A stretch of DNA of 64,000 nt from the human T2T-CHM13v2.0 reference genome, Homo sapiens (GCF_009914755.1 NC_060926.1); one strand, 5' to 3'; positions 39,467 to 53,770 are shown, counted from the first letter of the stretch. Made by a program: numbers and translations. Notes: generated by a model not told the origin, from the letters alone.

Positions 39467-42234
39467 GGCCGTGGAATGATAGGAGTGAGATTGCAGAGGT
39501 GGTGCAGTTACAGGTGTCTGGATAATCATGTTGGGTGGAGCTTGGAAAATGGGTGGGAGTCTAAGCTAAGGAATCTGGATTTAGTCCTGCTGACACTGGT
39601 GATGCTTTCAAGTTTTTGATGTAATCACAGTGATGATGAACTAGAATGATCTGGTTGGAGTGTGCAGGATCGTTGGAGGTGGTGTCATTAACTGGGAGTT
39701 TATTACAGTAGTCTAGATATGCCAAGATAAGGCCTTGCATGGAGTACAAATAGAGACTGGAAAAAAGTGACAGGAAAGAGAGAAATTACCAGGAATAATA
39801 CGATGTTCAAAATACTTGGATAAGAGGAAAAGGGGAAAATAGGACAGTGATAATGTCACTGTTATGAGCTAAGTAAAAATATAGGCTCTATCCTTAAAGA
39901 GATGGGCAGTAGTTTTCCAACAGAATTTGCCGGGGGCAAGTCAAAGCATGCACACTTGGATAATTAGTGTTTCCTGAGCTCCCACAGTGAGTTCTGAACA
40001 GATAAAGGACATAATTGATTTAAGTGCATTTACAAAATTAAGATTTTCTTCAAAATGTAATTATATAGTTATTTTATTTTGCCTTTAGAGTAGTCCTTTG
40101 GGATATTACTACAAGCCTCACAGTCCCTTACTACCACTTTGAAACCTAAACTGTTTCAAAAGATGAAAAGTTCTTGTGAGCTCTTTTGTCAGCAAAACCT
40201 GACCTGAACAGGTATTGAATAGACATAAAGCTGTTTATAGTCTCTATTCATCCCACTTAGTGTGAATATTCATGTATTTCATTGCATACATATTATGTAT
40301 TTGATTTTGAGATTCTAGATCTGAGTCATAATTTCATGGATGAGAATAGCGTTACTTGGAAAATTAAGTAGTTTACCCAAGGCGTACGCTAGGATCTGTT
40401 ATCTGTAAAGACCAATCTGTAAAGGCCTTCTCAGTGAGCACCAACTCCATCTGAAAAGCTGTACACAGGAATTGTTCACAGAAGTAGATCTGTTTCTGAC
40501 ACCAGTTCTTTTTCTGGTTGGCTATCTTATCTCTGACAGGTGCTGGTATTTTTGCCGTTAAATTGCAAATCCTTTGAAGGCAGAAACAGTGTTATTTGCT
40601 TTACATAGAAGCAGTTTACATAAAGAAGAAGCTGAATATTTGATTTGGCATTTGCAATTGACATATAAGTACTCCACATTAGGCTGTATTTTACGGGTTG
40701 ATCAGTATACACTGCCAGGTAAGTCTGTGTACTCTGTCCGTGTCCAGACTTGGGGACTTGGAACAAGCACAATCTCCCAAGGGCAGAATGGTCATGGCCT
40801 CACCCTGTCCTCTCTTGGAAACCTCATCTCGATGTGCTGAGCTGGACCTGTGAGACTTTGGGCAGAGACTTTGGGCAGAGTCCAGGGTTAAGCCTCTTCG
40901 GCCTCTGGTGGCTTTCAGGTGCCACTTGGGAGAATGGGCCCTGGAAAGTGAGGCACTCGGGAAATAAAAATGTACTTCCATCTTGGGCTTTTCTCCTGTG
41001 CAGGCAGGCTCTGCTTTTCAGGAGAGAAAATGACTTCAGGACCTCTTGCATCCTCTCATTTGCCTCCTTCCTCTCCTCCTTACAGTGAATGGGCTGTATA
41101 CTCTCAAGCATGAGATTCAATTACTTTTATTGTTAGACTTGGCTGTGATTGTCTTTAATGGTCAGAAAATTATCCAGCAACTAAAAAAACACAATTAAAA
41201 AAGTCAGCCACAGTGTGTCCCTGTGATTTTTGGCTGGCAGTAAAGAAGAATTTCCTCAGAGGACTTCTTTGAGACATTTGACATTTTGTACTTGTTCTCC
41301 AAATTTTATTTCACAAATGGAAACCTAAGGCCTGTGTTTTTGTTTTTGTTTTTAGTTCATTCAATAGCAGACATATTGTAAGCCACTCAAAAGTGATAGT
41401 TTCAGTTTAATGTCATCTACGATGTGGAAAATATTTTATAGCTGATAATCCTAACTTTCAACGTACAACATTGAGCAAATATGTATATGAATGCAAAGCA
41501 TGTTCAGACCCTGGTTCCTGCCCCTAAATAAATTGGTATCCTTGGGCAACTTACTATATACAAATGGAATCCATCTTCTTATTGGGAAGAAGGAAAGAGA
41601 ATTTTAGCCCACATTACAGATTTTCTGATGGGAATAGTAATACAAATGGTATTGATGAAAAGAAGTACTCCAGGAAGTGTCACTGACTGTAGTGACCTAG
41701 GGCATTTGCAATAGGGATCATGTGGAAGTGATTTCAGGCCAAGCTGGAGCTTCTTTGAGTTATGTGGGGACAGGGAGTCCTTGAGCTTCATGGACCTATA
41801 GTATTTCTGCCTGAGCAGCAAGTGTTTCATAATATGCCATGGCTAACCACATTACAGGAGAAGTCATCGCCTCTTATGCTTTCAGGGAGCCAGGAAGCAA
41901 CGCCTAATGAGATGCCTGACAGTTCAGGGAATGGCCCTGCATGTGTTGTTTTGAATGATGCCAGCCAGTTTCAAGTGGGCAGGATTAAAATGCAAACCAA
42001 ACCCAGATTTTTTTTTTGTATTTAATTAATGTCTGATGTTTGCCAACCAAGGGGAAGGTGATAGAAGGCAGCAAAAAAATTGCTTAGAGCTGTGCTGTCA
42101 CCTGGACTAAGACATCCTGACATGATGTAGCTGGGACAGCAGCTGGCCCCTCTGTGGTACTGGGGAATGGAATTGGCAGATGGAAAGGAAATGTGAAAAT
42201 GTTCCTGAAGCATGGCCTATTTACAAGTAGACTT

Positions 42235-43055
42235 TTAATAAAAAATTGTGGTTAAGATGCACATAACGTGACATTTACCATTTTAACCATTTTAGATATA
42301 CAATTCAGTGGCATTAAGTTCATTCGCAATGTGGTGCAACCATCACTACTGTCTAGTTTCAGAAGTTTTTCATCACCCCATTAAGGAAAACTTACACCCA
42401 TTAGCAGTCACTCCCTATTTCTCACTTCTCCAGTCCCTGCCAATTCATCTGGTTCCTGTCTGTAAGTAGGCTTTTCAGGACAGCACAGTAGCTCAGGGGA
42501 ATGGAAGACACTGGGGTTGGGAATTAAGAGACGGAGGGTCTTTTCAAATCTAGGCTCCTGTCTTTGTTGTTTTCAACAACATAGCAAACCCTCCTCACCG
42601 CAGCAGGAGGACAAACCTGTAGCTTATGACTCCCTTTGCAAATCTTTTTAAACCACCTTATTGAGGTGTACTTTATATATCATAAACTTCATGCATTTCA
42701 AATGTAATTCAATGATTTTTAGTATCTTTACCAGATGGTGTAACCACTGTCATAATCTAGTTTTAGAGCAGTTTTATCCTTCCAATCAGATCTCTCATGC
42801 CTATTTATAGTTAATCCTGTTCTACCCTCAGTCCCAAGCAACCAGTGGCCTACTTTCAGTCTCTATCAATTAGCCTTTTCTGGACATTTCATAGAAGTGA
42901 AATCATATGACATGTCGTCTTGCATCTGGCTCCTTTCCCTGAGCATAAGGTTTTGGGGATTCATCCATGATGGAGCATGTGTCAGGAGTTCTTTTTAAAA
43001 ATTGCTGAATAGTATTTCATTGACTGGATATACCACATTTTATCTATTCACCTGC
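42235..43055 (-). mobile_element. Two antisense L1MB-type 3' end fragments (~42235-42470 and ~42650-43055)
   Basis: tacaattcagtggcattaag...caaccatcactac and tcaatgatttttagt...ggatataccacatttt motifs. Confidence 0.7.
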
Positions 43056-46000
43056 AAACATTTTTAAAGGAGTTTCTAGTCTGTGAAGTCTAGGGGGTTG
43101 GGTTAATTAGGTGACTTCTAAGATCTTCCCTCTCCCAGATTCTGGCCAAAAAAAAGTCCCAGTGGCAGATCTCAGTTCTTAGATCGTGCATTTACTCAAC
43201 AGATGTTTGTTGAATAGCCCTCATGGTGAACCACGCTCTGTGCTAGACACTGGGAATATGGTCCTGCATTCTTGAGATTTCCGCTTTACTGTAGGAGACA
43301 GAGCACTTCTCACACAAGGCCCGGCCCAGCCCCTATGCTGGTGGGTCACAGGAGCAGACACATTCTGTTGGGACTGATGTTTGGTCACAGGCAGGTTTTT
43401 CAGTCTGCTCCCCTGACTATGCCCCTCCACAGATGCTCTGTGCTCCTCCCAGGCACTGCCATTCCATCATGAGTTTCCAGCACATGTTTTTGGAATTGCC
43501 TGTTTGCATGTCTCTCCTCCCTTTGGAATGTGAGCAACCTGAGGATGGAATGGAGCTTAGTACAGTGCCTGGCGTGTAGAAGGTGCCCAGTGGTTGTTTG
43601 ATGAATTAATGGATGATTGAATACCATTCTGGCAAGAATCAGGAGCAAATATAAGAATTGGGGACATACGGGCCTCTTCTGGTCTCTTCGTTTCTAGGGG
43701 CAGTGTTCTTCCTTCTCTAGTTCCAGAGTTAGCGGTTGCAGGGTTGCCTCTTTAGACTGCAGGCACAGGTACAGAAGAGAAAATACAGCAATCTGAAGTT
43801 GTCACTGCTTCCTGGAACACAAGCTTGACACAGACTTCTTAACACTGTCACAAATATCTTAATAGTGCTCCTAGGGTCACCCTGAGAGCAGACTATTTAG
43901 GGAAACAATATGAAAATGGTCTTGCGTGGCAGGGTGACTGTACCCAGATGCCAGAGATGGTGACAGCATGGCTTCCCCAGCCTGTGCTCAGGCTCCTCCC
44001 GTTCCACCCTGCCACCACCTGGCTCATGCTCTCAGCCTCCTCCTTGGCTCCTGCCCTGGGACATCTCACCTGACCAGAAAGCCGGGACTGAAGGGGACAG
44101 GACGCATCGTGTGTATTCCTGTGGGACACTGGGCTGAAGGTGGAAGTGGGAAGACCCTGAATGCTGAAGCAGGCAAGGTGTTTCATGTGGAGAAGAAAGC
44201 AGGTGGTTCTTTGAGGGCTTTATTGGTGGCCAGTACTGGTGGCTGGAGTCTAATCAGAGTCCCATTACCTTATTGGGACAAAACATGTAAAAGGGCAGGG
44301 ACGTAGTTTAGTTCCAGGGATTACGTGAAACTTTTAAGAGACTATAATTATTTTTAAGATTATTTATTCTGAAGGTGTAATCTACTTTAATAGGACCATG
44401 TGTTAGCCTTGTCATCTTGGGACAACTCTGGTGGTCTTTCTCATGTTTATTTTCATGGTTATTGATTGGGGCCCATGGATGTGGTCCATCATACACAATT
44501 ATTTCATGAGTGGTGGTCATATCATACTCTGTTGACATTCTACTAGGGATCTCCACATCTCCCAACTCCTTACAGAAGGACTCTTAATCTCTGGGGCGGG
44601 CAGTAGCTTTCTGGGTTCCTTTTCATAATGGAAGACAAAGATTGAGAGTCTAGTTGGAAAGAAACTACCTTGGGTTTTAGTTGATTTTGTTATTGATTAG
44701 CAATTTTACCACTTAAAATGTACTCATGCTTGAGACACCCCAAATATGTTCTATACATTCTAAACTCACGCGCAGGGCACTTCTCCCTGAGCCAGTGTCC
44801 AATGACAGTGCAGTGACACCTGGTTCTAATCTTGTGAATCAAAAGTCAAGGTATACATTCTTCCCCCGCCAGCCCCTTCTTGACGCTTTGCCTGTTAATT
44901 CACACTAGATCCCTTCTGTTGAGCTGGTAGTTTCATTTTTAGTATAGAAATTAAGTTTAATTAAAATTTACTTGCCATTTAAAATGATAATTTGTTTGGT
45001 TTAGCATCCTTAATTACCTTGAGTAAATTGCCTGTAGAGGCTCACATAATTCGTTTGTTTGTTCAAAGTGTTACTGTGTCATCTGCATATTTTGAAAGAT
45101 ACCACTTTAATGAAACACTGGGGTGGAGTCAGGGCAAATGCTAAGGGGATGGTCTTTGCTAAGGGGGTGGTCTTTCCGCCCTAGTCTGTTTGTTCAGCTG
45201 GAAGATTTTTATCATCTTACAGAGTTTTCACAAAAGATCAAAGTTTTACAAAGCTTCAGTGTTAGAAAATCATTAGCAAGGAAGTATCTGGGGGAGGGGT
45301 GGGAATATAGCATGTGTGAACAGCCTTCGAGTCCAGCAAGAGGCCTGCCTCTCAGCACCCACTTCAGCTTCTTATAAGGAATGCAGGTACCAAGATATCT
45401 TCCTGCAAATTCAAGGGTGTATGTAATTGAATCATATTTCTAATGCATCAGAGGAGCTTACAATAAGTTAGAAGGCTCAATTAGTGAAAAAAAAGGTGAT
45501 GTTGACTAAAGGAGACCATTTTTATAATTCTGAGTGTATTATAACCATTAATCAGTGTTAATAAATAACCATCTATAGCAGAGGGCTTTAGAAAACTTAC
45601 ATTGATAAATAGATAAGAATAATGGCTGTTCTCTGGGAGCTTTTCTTTTTTTTTTTTTTAGCAGAGAGGTATGAGGGATTTCTTTATGGTCTGGACAAGT
45701 TTGCCAGACAACTTGATTCAGTCAGTCTCTGATTTATTGATTTTATGTAATTCCAGAGCTTAATCATTGGTTTACTGCCAAAACCTTAGAAACTGATTTA
45801 TAGTTCTCACTATAAAAAACAATATGACAGAACATAATAGAACACATTGCATTAGTTTAAATATCTCCAGCTTTCCTATTTCCTATAAACAAAATGCAGA
45901 AAACATTCTAATAAGAGCCCTTTATTAGTGTTAGTTACATACTAAAAGCATCTCTGAATGATGTGGCCAGAAGGCAAATCTCAAATAGGGAAAATTCTCT

Positions 46001-46906
46001 CTTTTTTCTCAGGGATTGTTTGTAGAGAAAGTGTATATCATATGGAATATCAGTAATGAAAGTAAAAGAATAACAGAGCCAGTTTTTTATGTTTGCACTA
46101 CAATTTGGGGCAGTATGAGAAAGTCAGGAAGATTGCTCTCTTCAGGGCCTTGTTTAGCCTGCATCCTAATTTACTATCTTTGTACACGAAGGCACAGCCA
46201 CTGGTCCAACATTATTAATAGGACATGCCCTTTTCTGTCCTTTCTCAGTCATAATGGAAAAGACACTATCTTGATGCTTGGGAGACCTGCTTAGACCACT
46301 AAGATCTCTTAGTGACTGTGCGCCCTTGGGCAAGTTGCTTCATTTTTCTGGACTCCAGTTTCCTTACCTGAAAATTGCTTGTCTGTAGATGAATTAAACA
46401 TTATCTAAGGTTATTCTTACTAAAATGCTGTGCTTTCAATGGTGATGGATTGTCCTTGGTCCATGTGCCTCTCTACTGGTCTCCATGGATCCACAGATAG
46501 GAGTTGGGGAAACCAGTTCCTGGAGTCATGGTGCAGTCAGAAGGCAAGAGTTAGAAGTAAGCAGACAGGCTCACAGGGGAATCAAGACCTTTGCCCTCTT
46601 CGTGCTCTCAGTTTTGATGAGCCTGTGTAGCTAAGGATAGACTGACCCTTTAATTTGACCTGACCCATGTTTTCTTCTATTTCCTACTTGGAGTGGAGGG
46701 CGTGGGGATGCTGAGAATCTTAAAGATAAAAGCATCTGGAATATGATCTTGATGTCTAAAATAAAAATTTACCTTTGTTTAAAGGAAACAAAGGAAAAAT
46801 TCTTTTCATCTTATTTGACTCAGAAAAAAAATCATTACTTTTAAATGTCAATTTTTTTGCTTTAGTTAGGTTTGTAACATTTTTAAATTAAAAAGTAAAA
46901 ATATCA

Positions 46907-47215
<309 letters not shown>

Positions 47216-47387
47216 TTAAAATGCAAGTAAATTTTATATAAAGTAAAGAAAAATTTTCTCCACTCCCACTAGCCAGAACTATCTACTATTAACACTTTTG
47301 TCTGTGTACTTCCAGACATTTTTCTATGGACACATCAATGTAATTATTATGTACGTACCTCTTTTGTTGCTTTAAAAATTGAATTAT

Positions 47388-48537
47388 TTGGATCTTCTCT
47401 CTTTTTTTCCTTATTGGTCTAACTAGCAGTCTATCTATCTTATTAATTCTTTCAAAGAACCAATTTCTGGTTTCAGGGATCTTTTGTATGGTTTTTTGCA
47501 TCTCATTTTCATTCAGTTCAGCCCTGATTTTGGTTATTTCTTGTCTTATGCTAGCTTTGGGGTTGGTTCACTCTTGCTTTTCTAGTTCCTTAAGGTGTGG
47601 TGTTAGGTTGTTAATCTGAGATCTTTCTAACATTTTGTTACGAGTGTTTAGCACTATAAACTTTCCTCTTAACACAGCTTTAGCTGTGTCCTAGAGATTC
47701 TGGTATGTTGTATCTTTGTTCTCGATAGTGTCAAAGAATTTCTTGACTTCTGCTTTAATTTCATTGTTTACTCAAAACTCATTCAGAAGCGGGTTAATTT
47801 CCATGTAATTTTATGGTTTTGAGTGATCTTCTTGGTATTGATTTCTATTGTTATTGCACTGTGGTCTAAGAGTGTGGTTGGTATGATTTGTTTTTTTGAG
47901 TTTGCTAAGCATTGTTTTATGGCCGATTGTGTGGTCAATTTTAGAGTATATGCCACGTGCAGATGAGAAGAATGTAAGTTCTGTTGTTTTGGGGTGGAGA
48001 GTTCTGTAGCTGTCCGTTAGGCCTATTTGGTCAAGTATCGAGCGACTATAAAGACACATGCACATGTATGTTCATCGCAGCACTATTCACAATAGCAAAG
48101 ACATGGAATCAACTTAAATGCCCATCAAAGATAGACTGGAAAAAGAAAATGTGGTACATATACACCATGGAATACTACACAGCCATAAAAAAGAATGAGA
48201 TAGTGTTCTTTGCAGCAACATGGTTGGAACTGGAGGTCATTATCCTAAGTGAACTAACACAGGAACAGAAAACCAAACACTGCCATGTTCTCACTTATAA
48301 GTGGGAGCTAAACAATGAGAACACATGGACACAAAGAAGGGAACAATAGACACCAGGGCCTACTTAAAGGTGGAGGGTAGGAGGGTGACAAGAAGGTGAA
48401 GATTAAAAATGTACCTGTCGGGTACCATGCTTATTACCTGAGTGATGAAATAATATATACATCAAACTCCCGAGACTTGCAATTTATCTATAGAACAAAC
48501 TTGTACATGTACCCCTGAAACTAAAATAAAAGTTTTT
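47388..48537 (+). mobile_element. 5'-inverted L1PA (L1PA15/16-like): inverted ORF2 segment 47388-~48042 (minus) joined to a sense 3' end ~48045-48537
   Basis: Minus-strand peptides LTDSYRTLHPKTTELTFFSSARGIYSKIDH and [17 protein letters not shown]; plus-strand YKDTCTCMFIAALFTIAKTWNQ. One TSD, aaaaattgaattat (47374-47387 / 48538-48551), flanks the whole unit. Confidence 0.9.
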
Positions 48538-49106
48538 AAAAATTGAATTATGCTGTAAATACGATTATGCAAACTGACTTTTTACTTCAATGTCTTTCAT
48601 GGATATTTTGCCATGAATATTTATAGATCACAACAAGTTATGTGCTCATTAAAAATAACTCCTGGATTTGTTTGTGTAACTGTATAGACATATTAGATCA
48701 TATATGAAAGCAGTAACTCTGCAGACAGTGTCACCACATTGTAGCACATTTCATCTTTCTATTTTAGGAATGTCAGTGAGGACTGGTCATATTCTAGGCA
48801 TCTAGTGTTACTTTCCCTGAACGTTTTCATAACATGAGCCCCAGGATGAAGATAACCTTCCTTATTCTTTCAGGTTATCTTCCTTAAGGCTTCTTAAGCT
48901 AATGAATTGTCAATTTTGATGAATTGTCAATAAGTTGATCCGAAACGTAACCCTTCTCAGATTTTATATTTAGATTTGTTTAACTTTACTTAACTCTTAT
49001 ATAGTGCTTACTTGTATCAGGTAGAGTTTTAAACACATCAAATTTAAACTCATTTAATCCTTCTAACAACTATATGAGGTAGGTATTACTAGTGTTACCC
49101 TGTTTC

Positions 49107-52100
49107 AACTTCCTTGTGATTCTTCTATACAAAAAATCATGTTATGTGCCAATAATGGGAATCTTACTTCTTTCTTTCTAATCTTTATGCCTCTGACTTA
49201 TTTTTCCTGCCTTATCACACTGGCAAGGACCACCAGCACAGGGGTGAATAGAAGTGGTGATAATGGACATCCTTTCCTTGTCATTGATCTTAGGGGAAAA
49301 TCATTCAATATTTCATCATTAAATATTATTTTTAACTGTATATTAAAGACATATCTTTTTATTTTTAATTTGATGAGAGTTTTTTTAAAAATCACACATT
49401 GATATTAAATGTTGTCAAATGCTGTTTCTGAACATATTAGTAAGAGCCACATGTTTGTTCTCTTTTATTCTAGTGATATGGTGCATTACATGGGTTGATT
49501 TTTTAATGTTAAAACAGTGTTACATTCCTGAAATAAACTCTACTTGTTATGTAAAAACTCTATTATGTAAAAAGAATGATTGTCCTTTTTATTGATATAT
49601 ATTGCTAGCTTTGATTTGCTGATATTTGCTGTAATTGTTAAGGATGTTTGTGTCTATGTTCATAGCAATTTTTTTCTTATAGTATTTTTATTAGATTTTG
49701 GTATCAGGATTATGCTGGCTTCATAAAATGGTTGGGGATTGTCCCATCCTCCTTCATTTTCTGAAGAAGTCATGTAGGATTGATATTATTTTTTCCATAA
49801 ATATTTGATAGAATACCATGAAACCATTTGTACTAGAGTTTTCTTTATGAGGATTTTGATAACACATTCAATTGCTTTAATAGATATGGCACTATTAAAG
49901 ATTTTTAATTTCATCTTGTGTCAATTTTGGTAAATTGTATTCTTGAAGGAATTTGTCTGTTTTATCTAAGCATTCAAATGTATTGACATAGAGTTGTTTA
50001 TTATAGTTATCATCTTTTCAGTGTATCAGGATTTGCAGATACACTGCAAAGAACCAACTTTTGTTTATTTTTAATGTTTTTGTTGACTTTCTGTTTTCTA
50101 TTTCATTGATTTCTGACTTAAAAAAATTCCTTCGTTCCTTCTCTTTACTTTGGGTTTAATTTGTTCTTTTTTTTTCTAGCTTCTAAAGATGGAAACTTGG
50201 GTCATCGCTTTTATACCTTTCTTCCTTTCTACTATAAACATTTAAAGCTATAAATTTCCTCTAAGCACTGCTTTGTTTTCTACAAATTTTGATATGTTAC
50301 ATTTTCATTATCATTCAGTTCAAAATACTGTGTATTTCCCCTATGATTTCTTCTTTGGCCCATGGGTTCTTTAGAACTGTGTTGTCAGTTTCCAAATATT
50401 TTGTTTCCTACATATCTTGTTGGTATTGATTTTTGGTTTAATTAAATTGTGGTCCGAAAACATATTTTTTAGGATTTCAGTCTTTTGAAATTTGTTTAGA
50501 CTTATTTATAGCACACTAGGGTTTTCGCTCAGTACCTTTTAATAACTTATATTTCACTGTTGAGATTTCTTTATATTTACCAAGGTATTCCTATCTTGGT
50601 AAATCTATCATGCACACTTGAAAAGAATGTGCATTCTGCAGCTGTTGGGTGTAGTATTTTTTAAATGTCAATTAGGTCAATGTAGTTGGTAGTGATGTTC
50701 AGGTCTTATATGTCCCCACTGATTTTTTCATCTTATTCTAACTATTATTGAGAGAACAGTATTAGAATCTCCAAGTATTTGTCTTTTTCTTCAATAATTT
50801 TTTTAATTTTTTGCTTTTTAACATTTTGTTATTAGGCATGTATGCATTTATTATTTTTATTTCTTTTAGGTGAATTACCCTTTTTATCATTATAAAATTC
50901 ATCTCTTTTGTCTGGTGATACTCTATTGCCTTCAAATCTAATTCATAGGATATTAATATAGTTACTGTGGTTTTCTTATGCTTTCTGTTTTCATGGTGTA
51001 TATTTTTCCAAGCTTTTATTTTCTAACTATCTGTTTCTTTGTATATAAAAGGTATAAAGAACATATAGATGAATTTTGCTTTTTTTATCCATTCTGACAA
51101 TTTCTGTTTTTAATTGGAGTGTTTAGTCCATTTACATTTAATGTAGTTATTTATATGATTGGATTTAGGTTTACCATTTTGCTATTTTTGTTGTTGTTGT
51201 TGTTCCATATGCTTTTTTATTCCTCTCTCTTCCTTTCTTGCCTTATTTTGGATTAATTAATTTTTTTATAGAATTCTACATTAGTTTGGTTCCCTAGGAA
51301 GCAGATACCAAGATTGAGTTATAAGTACAAGAGCTTTATTGGATGCAAGGCCAACAAAAATAGAGAGGTGAAAGAGAGAGTTTGTTACCTGTGAAAGGGG
51401 CAGAAGGAATGAGGATGAAAGAGAAAGAGCCTCAGACTGCAGCACAGTTTTGAGAATGTCTCTGCAAGCCCGATGGAGAGTATTAATGCAAAAATTGCTT
51501 GTAAACAAGTTTTGCATTGGGCAGAAATGATGGCCCTCCCTACCATGCTTATCATTGACTAACTTTAAAGAACATAGCTTTGATTCACTCACAGTAGATC
51601 TAAAAATCACTGCAGTTGGATGCTGTCAGCTAGCTGTACTCTTCACAGCTGATTGGCAAGTTTCTTCTAGAAGGGAGATCCTTCTAGAAGTAGATCTTTT
51701 ACTTCTAGAAGTAGGCACCTTCATGGCTGCCACAAATTCCATTTTAATTTTTCCATTGGCTTTTCAATTGTATCTCTTTGCATTAATTTTTAATGGTTGC
51801 TCTGGGGATTACCACATCTATTAACTTTTCACATTCCACTTAGAATTCATATTGTACTGCTTCATGTCAAATACTGAACCTGGAAATGGTATAATTCCAT
51901 TTATTGCCCTCCCAATGCTTTATGTTATTGTTGATGATATTATACCTATCTGTGTTATAAACTCCAAAATACAGTGTTAGAATTTTTATTTCAATGGTTG
52001 CCTGTAATACAAGTAATATTTTTAAGTAATATTTTTAAAGTATGTGTGTGTCTGTCTGTTTTTCATATTTCCCCACATATTGACATTTCCAGTGATCTTC

Positions 52101-53697
52101 TTTCCTTCCTATAGATCTGGCTAACCATCTGGTGTCTTTTACCTTCATTCTGGAGAGCTTTCTTCAATGTTTCAAGTAATGCAGGTCTGCTGGAGATTAA
52201 GTGTCTTAGGTTTTGTTTTTCTGAAAATGTCTTCATTGGCCTCCAATGTTGAAGAATATTTTTGTTGGATATAGAATTCTAGCTTGACAAATAGAATTCT
52301 AGCTTGACAAGTGTTGTTTTCCTGTTGGTATTTTAATGATGTCATTCCATTATCTTCTATTCTCTGTGAATTTTGATGGAAAGTTACTACTAATATAGTT
52401 TTCTCCTATACATAGTATGCCATTTTCCCCCTGGTTGCTTTTAAGTTTCTCTCTTTATCTTTGAATTTTAATAGTTTGAATATGATGTGCCTTGGCATGG
52501 GTCTTTGTTTTGTTTTGTTTTTTATTAATCTGGTTTGGGGTTTTCTGAGAATCTTGAATTTTTAAGTTTATATCGTTTTTTAACCAAATTTTGGGAAATT
52601 TGAGGTATTATTTCTTTAAATATTTTTTCTGTCTATTCTCTGTCTTCTTGTCCTTCTGGAATTCCAGTTATACATATGCTGTTATATCCCATTGATCCCT
52701 AAGGCCTTCTTCATTAAAAAGAATTTTCTCTGTTCTTCAGATTGGTTAATTTCTATTGTTCTATCCTTAAGTTCACTGACACATTTTATTATTATTTTTC
52801 CAATCTGTTATTGGGTCAATTCAGTGAATTTTTTTCAGATACTGTGTTTTTTAGTTCTAGAATTTTCACTTGTTACTTTTTAATAACTTGTACTTCTCTG
52901 CTGAGATTTCTTTTATGTCCTTGAGCACTTAGTTATAATAGCTGCTTTAAAGTCTTTGTTAATTCTAATATCTGAATTATCTCAGAGTTGGTCTCTTTTG
53001 GTTGGTTTCTTTTGAGGATGGGTTATTTTTTTGTGTGTCTTTGCATGTGTAGTAATTTTGGAATGTACTCTGGACATTGTGAGTGATATATTACAGAGAT
53101 TCTGAATACTGTCATATGCCTTTAAAGAGTATTGATTTTCTGTTTTTGTAGGCAGTTAACTTGGCAAAACTCAAATTCCAATTTCATCTTCCCTGAGACA
53201 GCAGCAGACATCTCTGTTCAGTTCTTTCTCCTTAACTGAGTGGCTTGGAGTCTGCTTCACATATGTATAGTACTGGGATCAGTCAGAGATTTGGTCTGAT
53301 CTCATGTAGTCAATCTGGGGCTTTCCCTCTGTGGCTGTCTTCTCTCTAGGATTTCCTCCTTTATTTTCTAGCTGCTATCATTTCCCTGAACTCTGTCCTC
53401 TGGTTTCTCAACCAGGAAGACTACAGGCTTTTATCTGACTCTGGCCACACTGTGGAACTGACTGGGCCTTGTCCTTAGATGAAAAGTTATAAAAATTGGG
53501 TAATTTATCAAGTGCCATTCTTCTAAGTGTCAGCACCCACCCCCCGCCCGCCTTTATTTCTGCCTGTTCTCAGTCATTCTCCACTGCCTTCAGATAATTT
53601 TATTATTGTTTTTAAATATTTTATCCAGGACTTATAATTGTTATCTGTGGGAGAGCTGGCCTGAATTGAATTACTTTTGTGACCAGAAGCAGAACTC
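49107..53697 (-). mobile_element. Long old antisense L1M (ORF2 to 5' region, internally deleted) that splits a MIR
   Basis: RT-like remnant [18 protein letters not shown] on minus and T-rich L1 texture. MIR halves at ~48990-49105 and ~53698-53850. Confidence 0.8.
51277..51734 (-). mobile_element. ERVL solo LTR (LTR40-like) nested in the L1M
   Basis: Ends catggctgccaca (reverse of tgtggcagccatg). 5-bp TSD AATTC (51272-51276 / 51735-51739). Confidence 0.75.
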
Positions 53698-53726
53698 TAT
53701 TATCCCACTTTACAGGTGAATTTAAA

Positions 53727-53736
53727 ATACGCGCGT

Positions 53737-53770
<34 letters not shown>

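Noticed and set aside
40851-40880. 13-bp tandem duplication gagactttgggca
   Set aside because: Ordinary slippage duplication with no further structure.
46297-46314. Hairpin cactaaga-tc-tcttagtg
   Set aside because: An 8-bp stem is expected by chance in 64 kb, and it sits in a MIR-like relic.
47811-48349. ORFs with L1 ORF2 similarity
   Set aside because: Fragments of a dead, rearranged L1; no intact ORF2.
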